Shown here piece by piece: positions 28,285 through 37,295 of a stretch of 64,000 bases of DNA (positions are counted from its first letter, which is position 1; each line of letters starts with the position of its first letter). The notes beneath the pieces were generated by a model. It did not search any database. It had not been told where the DNA came from and was given only the letters and a program-made list of their open reading frames with translations. The translations under genes and the position numbers were made by a program. The stretch is from an uncultured Candidatus Saccharibacteria bacterium. GTDB taxonomy: Bacteria; Patescibacteriota; Doudnabacteria; UBA920. The stretch is taken from assembly GCA_964532425.1 (NCBI GenBank), contig CAZHIA010000002.1, positions 77,945 to 141,944 of the forward strand, read 5' to 3'.

Positions 28285-28405
28285 TAAGATACGGATATGC
28301 GGATAGGTACGGATGATACGGATAATACTGATGTTTTCTATCCGTATTCATCCGTATCATCAGTATTCAGATCCGTATATCAGTATCATATTATAGAACC
28401 TCCAA
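28285..28405. promoter_or_regulatory. Divergent uvrB/ruvA control region: ~110-bp imperfect palindrome built from TACGGAT/ATCCGTA and ATACTGAT/ATCAGTAT words
   Basis: The left arm carries four TACGGAT words plus ACTGATG. The right arm carries four ATCCGTA words plus CATCAGTA. Together they form a long inverted repeat between two DNA-repair genes. Confidence 0.55.
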
Positions 28406-28543
28406 CTATCATAGTATCATTAGAATAGACGGGTGTTAAGCCAAATGGCTACAAAAATAGAGGGAATAAGAGATTTGATTTGAAATGAAGCAGTCGAATG
28501 ATAACCGTCCCAGTCGCGGTTAATTATGCTACTATATAAGTAT

Positions 28544-29107
28544 ATGATCGCATATATCAAAGGAACTATATTAGAAAAAGGCCCAAATTTCGTTATCTTG
28601 GATACCGGTAGCATCGGGTACAAAGTCTTCGTCTCGCCGGAAATGTTGGAAGCCAAACATGGCGAACAACTTTCGCTCTATACGTATTTAAAAGTGAGCG
28701 ATGACGGTCAAGCCTTGTATGGTTTTGCCGATTTTGCCACGCTGCAATTTTTTGAGCTGCTTATTACGGTCTCCGGAGTGGGACCTAAAGTGGCGCTGGC
28801 CATTCTTTCGGCTGCCCGGGCCGATGCGGTGCGGCAGGCTATTATGTCGCAGGATCCGGCTATTTTTACACGCATCTCCGGCGTGGGCACAAAGACGGCT
28901 GAACGGATCATCGTCGAACTCAAGAACAAAGTTGGCACGCTCGAAACCGCGCCCGGCCTGACAGCTTCTTCGAGCGAAGTTTTTGACGCGCTCATGGCCT
29001 TAGGGTATAACCAACGGGAAGTACGTGAGGTGATAAATAAACTTGATAGTACGTTGTCCACGGGTGAGCAGGTGAAACAAGCATTGAAAATGATGGGGAG
29101 CAAATAA
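28544..29107 (+). CDS. ruvA: Holliday junction DNA helicase subunit RuvA
   Basis: 'MIAYIKGTILEK...DTGSIGYKVFVS...LITVSGVGPKVALAILS' is canonical RuvA. The ORF track starts at 28526, but the conserved start is the Met at 28544. Confidence 0.9.
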   Translation: MIAYIKGTILEKGPNFVILDTGSIGYKVFVSPEMLEAKHGEQLSLYTYLKVSDDGQALYGFADFATLQFFELLITVSGVGPKVALAILSAARADAVRQAIMSQDPAIFTRISGVGTKTAERIIVELKNKVGTLETAPGLTASSSEVFDALMALGYNQREVREVINKLDSTLSTGEQVKQALKMMGSK

Positions 29108-29172
29108 ATTTCTAATATCCAATTTCCAATTCCTAATAAAAGTTATAAGGCAAAAAAAATCCAAAATTCGAT

Positions 29173-29517
29173 TTGGATGAAAGAACGGCAACTTATGGAG
29201 AGGCGATTATTGATTTCGCAAAGTTAATTCCGAAGAACGTGGTTACGTTGCCACTTATAAGCCAGTTTGTCAGAGCTGGGACGGCGATTGGCGCTTTGTA
29301 TTGTGAAGCAGATTGTGCGGAATCACGGAAAGATTTTGAGCATAAGATAGGAATTTGTAAAAAGGAAGCCAAAGAAACCAAACATTGGCTGCGAATGATA
29401 GCTCGAGCTGTACCTGAAATGAGAGAAAAGGCGATAGTGCTTTGGAAAGAGGCTCATGAGTTACAATTGATATTTATTACTATCGTTAGAAAACCCCGAA
29501 TACATGGCATTAAGTAA
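29173..29517 (+). CDS. Four-helix-bundle protein (23S rRNA intervening-sequence protein family)
   Basis: 114 aa. The helical pattern 'QFVRAGTAIGALYCEA...KDFEHKIGICKKEAKETKHWLRMIA' is typical of this family. Confidence 0.6.
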   Translation: MDERTATYGEAIIDFAKLIPKNVVTLPLISQFVRAGTAIGALYCEADCAESRKDFEHKIGICKKEAKETKHWLRMIARAVPEMREKAIVLWKEAHELQLIFITIVRKPRIHGIK

Positions 29518-29559
29518 TTGCTCATTTTGTTGGAAATTGGGTTTTGGAAATTAGAAATT

Positions 29560-30588
29560 ATGAATCTAATCTTATTAGAAGAGAAAGACAAAAAAATATA
29601 CAACGGCTTTGTTGCCCAGCAAACCAGCGGATCGTTTCTACAAAGTTGGGAGTGGGGGGAGTGGCAAGAGGTTTTGGGCAGGGAAGTAAAGAGGTTCAGT
29701 TTTCAGGATAAAAGCGGGGAAATGGCCGGGGTGGTGCAATTAGTCCGTATGCCGCTGGGGCTGGGGAGGTTTTATTGGTATGCGCCGTATGGACCGATAT
29801 TAAATTCAAAATTTAAAATTCAAAATTTAAAATTGCTACTGAAGGATGTATTTGGAGGAGCGGTATTTATCAGAATTGAGCCAACAGTAGACGAATCTTT
29901 AATTTTAAATCTTAAATCTTTAAATAAGTCAGTAAACATCCAGCCTGCTAAGACATTAGTTGTTGATCTCGCGAAGCCTGATGATCAGCTGTTGTCAGAG
30001 ATGCACGCCAAGACCCGGTACAACATCAAACTGGCGCAGCGGCATGGGGTCCTGGTAGAGGATGAATTTGCCGTTTCCGCCGGGCATGGCCTGTATTTTG
30101 ACGAAGCACTGCAGTTGATTATGGAGACCGCCTCGCGCCAGCAGTTCGTTACCCACGGGCTGGAGTACTACAAACAAATGGTTGATTTTTTTGCGCTTCA
30201 GAAACGCGGAGAATTGAAATTGCATATTTACAAATCAGTCTATAAAAAGCAATTGCTTTCCGCCGCCATTATGATCGATTTTGGCAGCACGCGGACCTAT
30301 TTGTTTGGCGGATCAAGCCATGAGCATAAAGAGGTAATGGCTCCGTATGCCTTGCACTGGCAGGCCGTTCGCGATGCGCGGGCAGCCGGGCTAACCCGAT
30401 ACGATTTTTGGGGGATCGAGACCGCATCCGGCGAAACACCGGGGTTTGTACGGTTCAAATTGGGTTTTGGCGGGCAGCAGTATGAGTATCCGGGTGCATA
30501 CGATCTGGTTCTGCAGCCGTTGTTGTACCGCATGTATGGTATAATGAGGGCAGGGAACAGACTCATGAGACATAGAAACAGACATTAA
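29560..30588 (+). CDS. FemAB-family peptidoglycan bridge-forming aminoacyltransferase
   Basis: About 340 aa. The motifs 'GFVAQQTSGSFLQSWEWGEW', 'KTRYNIKLAQRHGV' and 'FKLGFGGQQYEYPGAYD' match Fem/MurM-type transferases. An AT-rich in-frame repeat at 29795-29830 encodes 'KFKIQNLKL'. Confidence 0.6.
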   Translation: MNLILLEEKDKKIYNGFVAQQTSGSFLQSWEWGEWQEVLGREVKRFSFQDKSGEMAGVVQLVRMPLGLGRFYWYAPYGPILNSKFKIQNLKLLLKDVFGGAVFIRIEPTVDESLILNLKSLNKSVNIQPAKTLVVDLAKPDDQLLSEMHAKTRYNIKLAQRHGVLVEDEFAVSAGHGLYFDEALQLIMETASRQQFVTHGLEYYKQMVDFFALQKRGELKLHIYKSVYKKQLLSAAIMIDFGSTRTYLFGGSSHEHKEVMAPYALHWQAVRDARAAGLTRYDFWGIETASGETPGFVRFKLGFGGQQYEYPGAYDLVLQPLLYRMYGIMRAGNRLMRHRNRH

Positions 30589-30692
30589 TTGACAAAAATG
30601 ACAAAATTGAACAAAAATGACAAAAATAGATTGCAGCTGGGCGTTCAAATTTTGTCAATTTTGTCATTTTTTTAATTTTTGTCATTTCTCTT
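30589..30692. repeat. Palindromic TGACAAAA-word element, copy 1
   Basis: Four TGA(C/A)AAAA words are followed by a central 'TTGCAGCTGG' and then four inverted TTTTGTCA words. A near-identical element lies at 38063-38160. Confidence 0.75.
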
Positions 30693-31442
30693 ATGCTTTT
30701 CAACAAACAAAAATCCAAAAAGCCGGCATTCTTCGTTCCTGACGGGCAGTCCATTCCGACTTCCGAATTGGAGAAACACGAGAAGGTCTACCATCGCAAG
30801 ATCAAAGAGACTTCGCCATGGACGATTTTCGAAATAATCAGCGAGTTCGTTCGCGGATTTGATTTTCTTCGTCGTTACAAGAAAGCAGTATCATTTTACG
30901 GAACGGCCCGATCTGGGTTTAGCCAGGATATTTATCGCGAAGCCACGGAACTGGCCTTCAAATTGTCCAAAGCTGGCTTTGCCATCATTTCCGGTGGCGG
31001 CCCGGGTATAATGGAAGCGGCAAACAAGGGCGCGTTCGATGCGGGCGGGCACAGCGTGGGCATTAATATTCGCCTGCCGAATGAGCAGCGCACCAATCCG
31101 TACGTGACCGAGTCGGAAAGCTTTTCGTTCTTTTTTACGCGCAAGGTCATGCTGGAGTTTGCCTCTCACATCTACATCTTCTTCCCCGGCGGTTTTGGTA
31201 CTTTGGATGAATTATTTGAGATGGTGACCTTGATCCAGACCAAAAAGACCAAGCCAATTCCTATCATCCTTGTTGGCAGGAAATTCTGGACCCCATTGCT
31301 GGAATGGATCGAAAAGACCGTTTGTGAAGAGAATCATGCCATTGACCCGGAAGATATGGAAATTTATCATCTCGTCGATACTGCAGAAGAAGCATACGAT
31401 TATATAAAGAAGATTTCGAAGGATAAACATTTGTTCAACTGA
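30693..31442 (+). CDS. LOG-family protein (TIGR00730 Rossmann-fold nucleotide-binding, cytokinin riboside 5'-monophosphate phosphoribohydrolase-like)
   Basis: '[11 protein letters not shown]', '[17 protein letters not shown]' and '[12 protein letters not shown]' are LOG-family signatures. Confidence 0.8.
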   Translation: MLFNKQKSKKPAFFVPDGQSIPTSELEKHEKVYHRKIKETSPWTIFEIISEFVRGFDFLRRYKKAVSFYGTARSGFSQDIYREATELAFKLSKAGFAIISGGGPGIMEAANKGAFDAGGHSVGINIRLPNEQRTNPYVTESESFSFFFTRKVMLEFASHIYIFFPGGFGTLDELFEMVTLIQTKKTKPIPIILVGRKFWTPLLEWIEKTVCEENHAIDPEDMEIYHLVDTAEEAYDYIKKISKDKHLFN

Positions 31443-31462
31443 CCACCCTTTGGGTGGTCATC
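31441..31462. terminator. Hairpin TGACCACCC TTTG GGTGGTCA
   Basis: Perfect stem immediately after the LOG gene stop. Confidence 0.5.
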
Positions 31463-31494
31463 CCGGACCTCGATCCGGGATCCAGGTTACGGAA

Positions 31495-31530
31495 AACTAC
31501 AAAAAAATACCCGCAGCAAGAGCTGCGGGT
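31495..31530 (-). terminator. Terminator for minus-strand gene (AATACCCGCAGC...GCTGCGGGTATT + T-run on minus)
   Basis: Perfect inverted repeat preceded on the + strand by AAAAAAA. Confidence 0.6.
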
Positions 31531-31583
31531 ATTAAAATTCCTCCACGGGGACCACGGGGACCATGGAGGAATTTTGGATTGGG

Positions 31584-32033
31584 TTATCTGCCCGCATCCA
31601 GTAACGGCTGGATTCGCTCGAGCAGAGCGGGAAAAGTATTGGTAGCGAGTTCTAAAAATAAACCGAGGTTTTTCCTCACGCGGGCCACGTTCTTCATCTC
31701 AAACGCTACTGCGCCGCGCTTGGTGCTGTATACTTGTTCGTTCTCGGTGGTTTGAGTGAACTGACACTCGGCATTGACTCTCAATGAGGAAGATCCCCAG
31801 GAAACAGGTTCTATTACGAGCACCCATTTGCAGTCCTCATTTTCGAGCTCTTTCGTCACTGGTTTTAAACTCCGAGAGTCGTAGTTTTTTGGGAGGTGGG
31901 CGCGCAGGTCCCGTTCTGTGGTTAAACTGAGGGTGGTGCTTGTAACCAGCTCAATCTCGTGGCGCATCCGGTTGATGTTGGGAGAACCGACCACTATTTC
32001 ATCGGCCATGTAGTCAAACTTCGTCTTTCCCAT
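31584..32033 (-). CDS. Hypothetical protein
   Basis: 149 aa with a strong RBS (GGAGGAAATAT upstream of the ATG on the minus strand). Confidence 0.5.
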   Translation of the reverse strand: MGKTKFDYMADEIVVGSPNINRMRHEIELVTSTTLSLTTERDLRAHLPKNYDSRSLKPVTKELENEDCKWVLVIEPVSWGSSSLRVNAECQFTQTTENEQVYSTKRGAVAFEMKNVARVRKNLGLFLELATNTFPALLERIQPLLDAGR

Positions 32034-32262
32034 ATTTCCTCCTTTTTCAGAGACCCTTTCGGGTTTGCCTTTTCAGGCATGTCTGGCTTTCCAGACACCT
32101 TATTTAAGCATTATTATCCAGAACATTCAAGGGGAGGGCTGGTCATTTATGGGGTGGGTGAATAGGATAAAGAGTTGAATGGGGGAGATGGGGAAAAGAG
32201 ACAAATTAAAACCCTCTCGCGAGAGAGGGTTTAACTATAAGCTATAACCTGCTACCTATAAG

Positions 32263-34866
32263 CTATTTCATTACCAGCTTCCCGTCCACCAAATCGATCA
32301 CCGCGCTGGTGCCGCGGGTAAGGCGGCGGGAGAGGAGGAGTTTGGCCAAAAAGCCTTCAACGTGGTCCTGGATGTAGCGGCGAATGGGACGTGCGCCGAG
32401 CGTCGGATCAAATGCATTGCTGGCAATGTCTGCCAGGACGCTTTGGGAGAACTCGATCTTGACGCCTTTGTCGTGCATCTGCTGGCGCAGGTATTGGAGC
32501 TGGAGATAGGCAATGCGCTGAACTTCTTGCTGGTTGAGCGGCGAAAACAGGATGACGCCGTCAAAGCGGTTTAAGAGTTCCGGCGGATACTTGGTAGTCA
32601 GGACCGTGTTGAATAGCTCGGTTTTGATTTGATCCAGTGTCTTACCGGCTTTAATGCCTGCCTGAATCTCGAGTGTACCGGCGTTGCTGGTGGCTATGAT
32701 CATGGCATGGGTCAGGTCTAGCGTATCACCCCTGCCGGAGGTCAGGCGTCCGTCTTCAAGAATTTGTAAAAATAGATTCAGCACTTCGGGGCTGGCCTTT
32801 TCAAACTCATCGCAGAGCAGAAGACAGAACGGATAGTTTTTTAGGTGCTGGACCAGCGGCGTGTCTGTCTCGCTTTCGGCGGAGCCGAGTAGTTTATTTA
32901 AACCTCCTTCTCCGCGATACTCGGACATGTCGAGCCTCAGTAGGAATTTTTCTTCGCCAAAGTACGTTCGGGCAAGTGTCTTCGCTAATTCGGTCTTGCC
33001 GACGCCGGTGGGGCCTAAAAATAGAAACGAGGCGACGGGGCGGTTTCCCGAAGCGAGTCCTGAGCGGGAGCGGCGCAAGCCTTCGGCGACCGCTTCCACA
33101 GCCTGGCGTTGGCCGACGACGTATTTACCGATCTCCTCTTCGAGTTTGAGCAGTTTTTCCGCTTCTGTCTCCGTAAAGGTCTCGGCAGGAATATGGGTGC
33201 GGTCACTGATTATTTTCTGGATTACTTCCGTCGTGATGGGCTTGCCTTTGTCCGCGGAATTTTTCATTCTGTGAGCGGCTTCCACTAAAACGCTAATGGC
33301 TTTCTGCGGCTGGCCCGTGTCTTTAAGATAGACGTCGGTAAGATTCACTGCTTGTTCAATGGCATGGTAATCAAAAAAACAGTGGTTTTGGGATTCCAGA
33401 AGGGAAGCCCTTATGCAACTGGCTAGCAGCACACCGGCGCGTCCAAGATCTTGGAGCTCGTAGCTGGTAAAGATTTGGTCGAAATTAGCTGCCGGGTGCA
33501 AATAATCAGTGTAGTCCTCAAGCGTGGTGGTGCCGATAACCAGCAGGGTGCCTTGTTCGAGGAAATTAACAAGGAGATCTAACAAACTTAAGCCTTCGGT
33601 GGTCTGCGCGCGCGCAAGTTGGGTAAGGTCCTCGATGACTACCACGATATTGCCGGCGCGGACCGCTTCGGTCAGGACCTCGCTGAACACTTCTTCCGCT
33701 TTGCTGGGAGTGCCCATAATGCCGGAAATTTCCAGCTTGACCAGACGCTTGTCCTGGAGTCCGGCCGGAACCTGCTCAGTGGCCATCTTGTAAGCAAGCT
33801 CATTGACCAGCGTGGTGCGGCCGGTGCCCTCGGCTCCCTTAATCACCAGGTTTTGCAGGCCTCCGTTCATCAACTTAAAGATTTCAGTCAAGTCGTTTTG
33901 CCGTCCGAGTGCGACCGGAAGCTGACCGTACTTGGCAGCCATGGTCAGATCTTGGCTGAAGTTATCCAAAAAGTGGGTAGGAACAGAGGTAAAACCGCGG
34001 TTGATTTCGTCATCAGGTTTGTATTTTGCCAATTTTTCAAAGAGGCGCAACTGCTCGCGCAATAGCCGTACGTTAAAGCCCCAGCTAGCCAGAATTTCCA
34101 ACTTTTCCAGGGTTAGGTCAATATTGAAGAAAACATCCTGAATAATGTGGCCGTCAGGCAAATCGATGCTCAGCGCGCAGAGCAGCATAAGCGGGTCAAT
34201 AACCGGGTTGTGGAGTTTGAGGCTTTCGGTAAAGGCGAGAAAAGGAATGCGGTCGAGCGGCAGGTTGGTCTGGGCATTGCTGTTAATCTTCAGATAATTA
34301 CCAACGAACGTTTTGATGTCTGTGGCGGAAACGCCAAGGCGGAGGAAAAGCAGTTGGACAGTATCATGGGAGAGCAGGGACAGGAATAGGTCACAGACGC
34401 CTGGTTGGTCTGCTCCGCGCTTGCGCGCCAGATGGAAGCTATAGTCCCAGCAGTGTTTGGCTGCGCTATCGAACGCCGCGTAGACATCGTGCTCGGTATT
34501 GGAAGTGTCGGCGATAGTGGTTACATTTACCTCTTGCCGGCTGGCTTGTTCGTGCTGCATGTCCGCCCAGAAATAAAGGGCAGCAAGCAGCCCTATCCAT
34601 ACACCGAGCATGAGAAAATTATGTTCCAACAGGAACCAGTAACGGTGAGCGGGGAGAGCCTGATAGGTAGCGTAGGCGAGGCTCAAGCAGCCAAGCAAGA
34701 CCAGCAGCAGCGCAGCGGAACGGATGGTTATGGCAAATATCCTGGTCGATCGGCGCGCAGCGACGCTGCTCAAATGCAGCGAGCCGGTAAATTCTAAAGC
34801 TTGGCCGTTGTAATCGGCGGCGAGAGGCCAGGCACCCGTGCTGGGTTTGTATTGAAGTTCGGCCAT
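32263..34866 (-). CDS. Membrane-anchored Clp/Hsp100-family double-AAA+ ATPase (ClpB/ClpC-like) with atypical D1
   Basis: 867 aa with two N-terminal TM helices. D1 reads 'GAEGTGRTT', so the Walker A lysine is replaced by Arg. D2 is canonical ('GPTGVGKTE', and 'DEFEKA' is the Walker B). The sensor-2 region reads 'RRYIQDHVE'. Confidence 0.8.
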   Translation of the reverse strand: MAELQYKPSTGAWPLAADYNGQALEFTGSLHLSSVAARRSTRIFAITIRSAALLLVLLGCLSLAYATYQALPAHRYWFLLEHNFLMLGVWIGLLAALYFWADMQHEQASRQEVNVTTIADTSNTEHDVYAAFDSAAKHCWDYSFHLARKRGADQPGVCDLFLSLLSHDTVQLLFLRLGVSATDIKTFVGNYLKINSNAQTNLPLDRIPFLAFTESLKLHNPVIDPLMLLCALSIDLPDGHIIQDVFFNIDLTLEKLEILASWGFNVRLLREQLRLFEKLAKYKPDDEINRGFTSVPTHFLDNFSQDLTMAAKYGQLPVALGRQNDLTEIFKLMNGGLQNLVIKGAEGTGRTTLVNELAYKMATEQVPAGLQDKRLVKLEISGIMGTPSKAEEVFSEVLTEAVRAGNIVVVIEDLTQLARAQTTEGLSLLDLLVNFLEQGTLLVIGTTTLEDYTDYLHPAANFDQIFTSYELQDLGRAGVLLASCIRASLLESQNHCFFDYHAIEQAVNLTDVYLKDTGQPQKAISVLVEAAHRMKNSADKGKPITTEVIQKIISDRTHIPAETFTETEAEKLLKLEEEIGKYVVGQRQAVEAVAEGLRRSRSGLASGNRPVASFLFLGPTGVGKTELAKTLARTYFGEEKFLLRLDMSEYRGEGGLNKLLGSAESETDTPLVQHLKNYPFCLLLCDEFEKASPEVLNLFLQILEDGRLTSGRGDTLDLTHAMIIATSNAGTLEIQAGIKAGKTLDQIKTELFNTVLTTKYPPELLNRFDGVILFSPLNQQEVQRIAYLQLQYLRQQMHDKGVKIEFSQSVLADIASNAFDPTLGARPIRRYIQDHVEGFLAKLLLSRRLTRGTSAVIDLVDGKLVMK

Positions 34867-34871
34867 ATGCG

Positions 34872-35249
34872 CTATATCGGAAACAGTTGATAAATGATCA
34901 TAATAATTGCTGCAGGAAAAACGATAAGGTAGAGCAGGAAGCCAAGGCTTACCCAGAGGAATCGCAGGGAAAAGACGCCCAGCTTAAAAACGAGCAGGAC
35001 TGGGCGGAGGAACATGGCCATGATCATGCCTGACTTGGTATAGTCGCCGAACATCGGCTCTTTCCAATGTTTGGCGAAAATGAGTAATCCGGTGCGGTGG
35101 AGCGACAAGCGAATGGATCGCGAAGCCCAATCGCTCACGAGGCGAACACCCGTGGTGTACCACCACAGGGGAAAGGTCAAAAGATTGAAGGGTAGATTTC
35201 CCATGTATTTTAGTTTCTGGAGAAGTTTTTGAGTAATTCTATTATACAA
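34872..35249 (-). CDS. Hypothetical membrane protein (co-oriented upstream of Clp-like gene)
   Basis: 125 aa with 3-4 TM segments. It is separated from the Clp-like gene by 5 nt. Confidence 0.45.
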   Translation of the reverse strand: MYNRITQKLLQKLKYMGNLPFNLLTFPLWWYTTGVRLVSDWASRSIRLSLHRTGLLIFAKHWKEPMFGDYTKSGMIMAMFLRPVLLVFKLGVFSLRFLWVSLGFLLYLIVFPAAIIMIIYQLFPI

Positions 35250-35467
35250 TTATTTTACGAATTCTCCAAACAGCAAGTCAAGCTTCGGTGTACGTTATTC
35301 GGCAGAGCGGCGCGTATCGGAGCATGGTAGTCGGCTCGCGGCCGTTAACCGTCAGAAGTCAATCGATATGCGCGGCGCTGCCGTAAACCGCAAGCCGGAT
35401 TTTCAGGTGCCAAAGAGCTCCTTTGGCATGCTTCCTTGTCTCCCGTGTTATACGGTATACTAAGAAC

Positions 35468-36796
35468 ATGGAATTTATCAAAAAACTCTTTCCCTCCAAA
35501 CTGTTAAAATGGCTTCGCCCGCAGTATCATGGCCTGGTTGCAAATCTGGCCAATGTTTATTTTGGCCGACCGTCTCAGCGGCTGATCGTCATTGGCGTAA
35601 CCGGGACGAACGGCAAAAGCACGACCGTTAATCTGATTGCGCGAATTCTGGAAGCGGCCGGTTACAAGGTCGGTTATACGTCCACGGTCAATTATAAAAT
35701 TTCCGGCACCGAACAGCTCAATACTTTAAAAATGACCATGCCATCGGGGTGGTTATTGCAGAAGTGGATGAAGCAAATGGCGGACGCGGGCTGCCAGTAT
35801 GCCATATTGGAAATTTCCAGCGAAGGCCTGGTTCAGAACCGGCATTTGGGCATTCAGTTTGATGTTGCGGTGTTTACCAACCTGACTCCTGAGCATATTG
35901 AATCGCACGGCGGGTTTGAGAATTACAAAGCAGCTAAGGGCAAGTTGTTTGAAGCAGTCAGTGAGTTTCAGGTTTCAAGGGAAAAGTTAAAAGTTAATCC
36001 AGCCTTGAAAAAGACCGTTGTAACGAATGCGGATGATGAACATGCGGAATTCTATGCATCGTTTCCGGCCGATGTTCATTTGACGTATGGGATAGAAAAA
36101 CCAGCTGATTACCGTGCATCGGATATCGAGTATTCACCGCAAGGAATCTCCTATAAGCTGAAAGCTATAACCTATAACCTTCAGCTGAAGGGTTTATTCG
36201 ATGTCTATAACTCTTTGGCTGCCATAGCCACAGCGGAAGCGATGGGGATCAGTCTGCCAGTCAGCCAAGCGGCATTGCAGGCGGTACCGGTCGTACCGGG
36301 ACGGATGGAAGTGCTGCAGCAGCGTCCGTATACCGTTCTGGTTGATTATGCGCCGGAGCCGTATTCGCTCCGCGCCTTGTATGGCACAATCCAGCATTGG
36401 CCAAAGCACCGGCTTATCCATATTTTGGGCAGCACCGGCGGCGGGCGGGATCGCGGTCGCAGGGAAATTTTGGGACAGATGGCGGGTGAGACGGCTGATA
36501 TCGTAATTGTGACCAATGAGGATCCGTATGATGATGATCCTTTGGAAATTATCGACGAGGTGGCAGCAGGAGCACTCGAGAAAGGGAAGATATTAGATCA
36601 GAACTTGTATAAAGTCCCGGACCGCCGCGCGGCTATTGCCAAGGCAGTACAGATGGCGCGCGAGGATGACCTGCTCTTAGTGACCGGTAAGGGGTCGGAA
36701 CAAAAAATGGCCGTTGCCCATGGCCGGTATATTGATTGGGATGATAGAAAAGTTATTCAGCAAGAACTGAAAAAACATTTGACCATTAACATGTGA
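35468..36796 (+). CDS. Mur ligase family protein (MurE-like UDP-N-acetylmuramoyl-tripeptide ligase)
   Basis: 'VIGVTGTNGKSTT' is the P-loop of the Mur ligase central domain. The size fits MurE or MurT. The ORF track begins at 35423, but the likely start is the Met at 35468. Confidence 0.7.
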   Translation: MEFIKKLFPSKLLKWLRPQYHGLVANLANVYFGRPSQRLIVIGVTGTNGKSTTVNLIARILEAAGYKVGYTSTVNYKISGTEQLNTLKMTMPSGWLLQKWMKQMADAGCQYAILEISSEGLVQNRHLGIQFDVAVFTNLTPEHIESHGGFENYKAAKGKLFEAVSEFQVSREKLKVNPALKKTVVTNADDEHAEFYASFPADVHLTYGIEKPADYRASDIEYSPQGISYKLKAITYNLQLKGLFDVYNSLAAIATAEAMGISLPVSQAALQAVPVVPGRMEVLQQRPYTVLVDYAPEPYSLRALYGTIQHWPKHRLIHILGSTGGGRDRGRREILGQMAGETADIVIVTNEDPYDDDPLEIIDEVAAGALEKGKILDQNLYKVPDRRAAIAKAVQMAREDDLLLVTGKGSEQKMAVAHGRYIDWDDRKVIQQELKKHLTINM

Positions 36797-36846
36797 CCGC
36801 TTGCAAATGAGTCAAATGTCAAAGGTTAAATGTTAAATGTAATTCT

Positions 36847-37182
36847 ATGATTCTTTTTATCGATTCTACCGACTATCAAAGCGTGATGTATGCGGCTGCC
36901 GGAGAAAAGTTTATCGAGCACCGTTTCCCCATTGATCCGCACGAAAGCCATAAGGCGCTCAAAGATTTGGAAGGATTTCTGAAAAAGAACCGCATCGGCC
37001 GGGACACGCTGCAAGAGATTGTCGTCTGTTCCGGCCCAGGCAGTTACACCGGCGTGCGCGTCGGGCTAGCGCATGCCAAGGCGCTGGGGTTGGCTTGGAG
37101 TGTAAAGGTAACCGAGCTCGAGAAAAAGAAATTTGATATAAAAATGGGCAAGACTGCAAAGACGATCGTTGTAAAGAAATAA
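36847..37182 (+). CDS. tsaB: TsaB/YeaZ-like protein (short form)
   Basis: 111 aa. 'ILFIDSTDYQSV...GPGSYTGVRVGLAHAKALGLA' matches the N-terminal half of TsaB. The C-terminal half is absent. Confidence 0.55.
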   Translation: MILFIDSTDYQSVMYAAAGEKFIEHRFPIDPHESHKALKDLEGFLKKNRIGRDTLQEIVVCSGPGSYTGVRVGLAHAKALGLAWSVKVTELEKKKFDIKMGKTAKTIVVKK

Positions 37183-37295
37183 GCCGTTTATTATCCTGGA
37201 TTTTGTAGGGGACGGTCGAGACCGTCCCGTATCCGAAGGTGCATGTTACAAAAGACTCCCCTGTGTATACACAGGGGAGTCTTTTGTAATGACTG

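Noticed and set aside
29518-29559. Upstream (TTG) start for the FemAB-like gene overlapping the preceding stop
   Set aside because: It is translated from an AT-rich TTGGAAAT-word repeat. An ATG at 29560 gives a conventional start.
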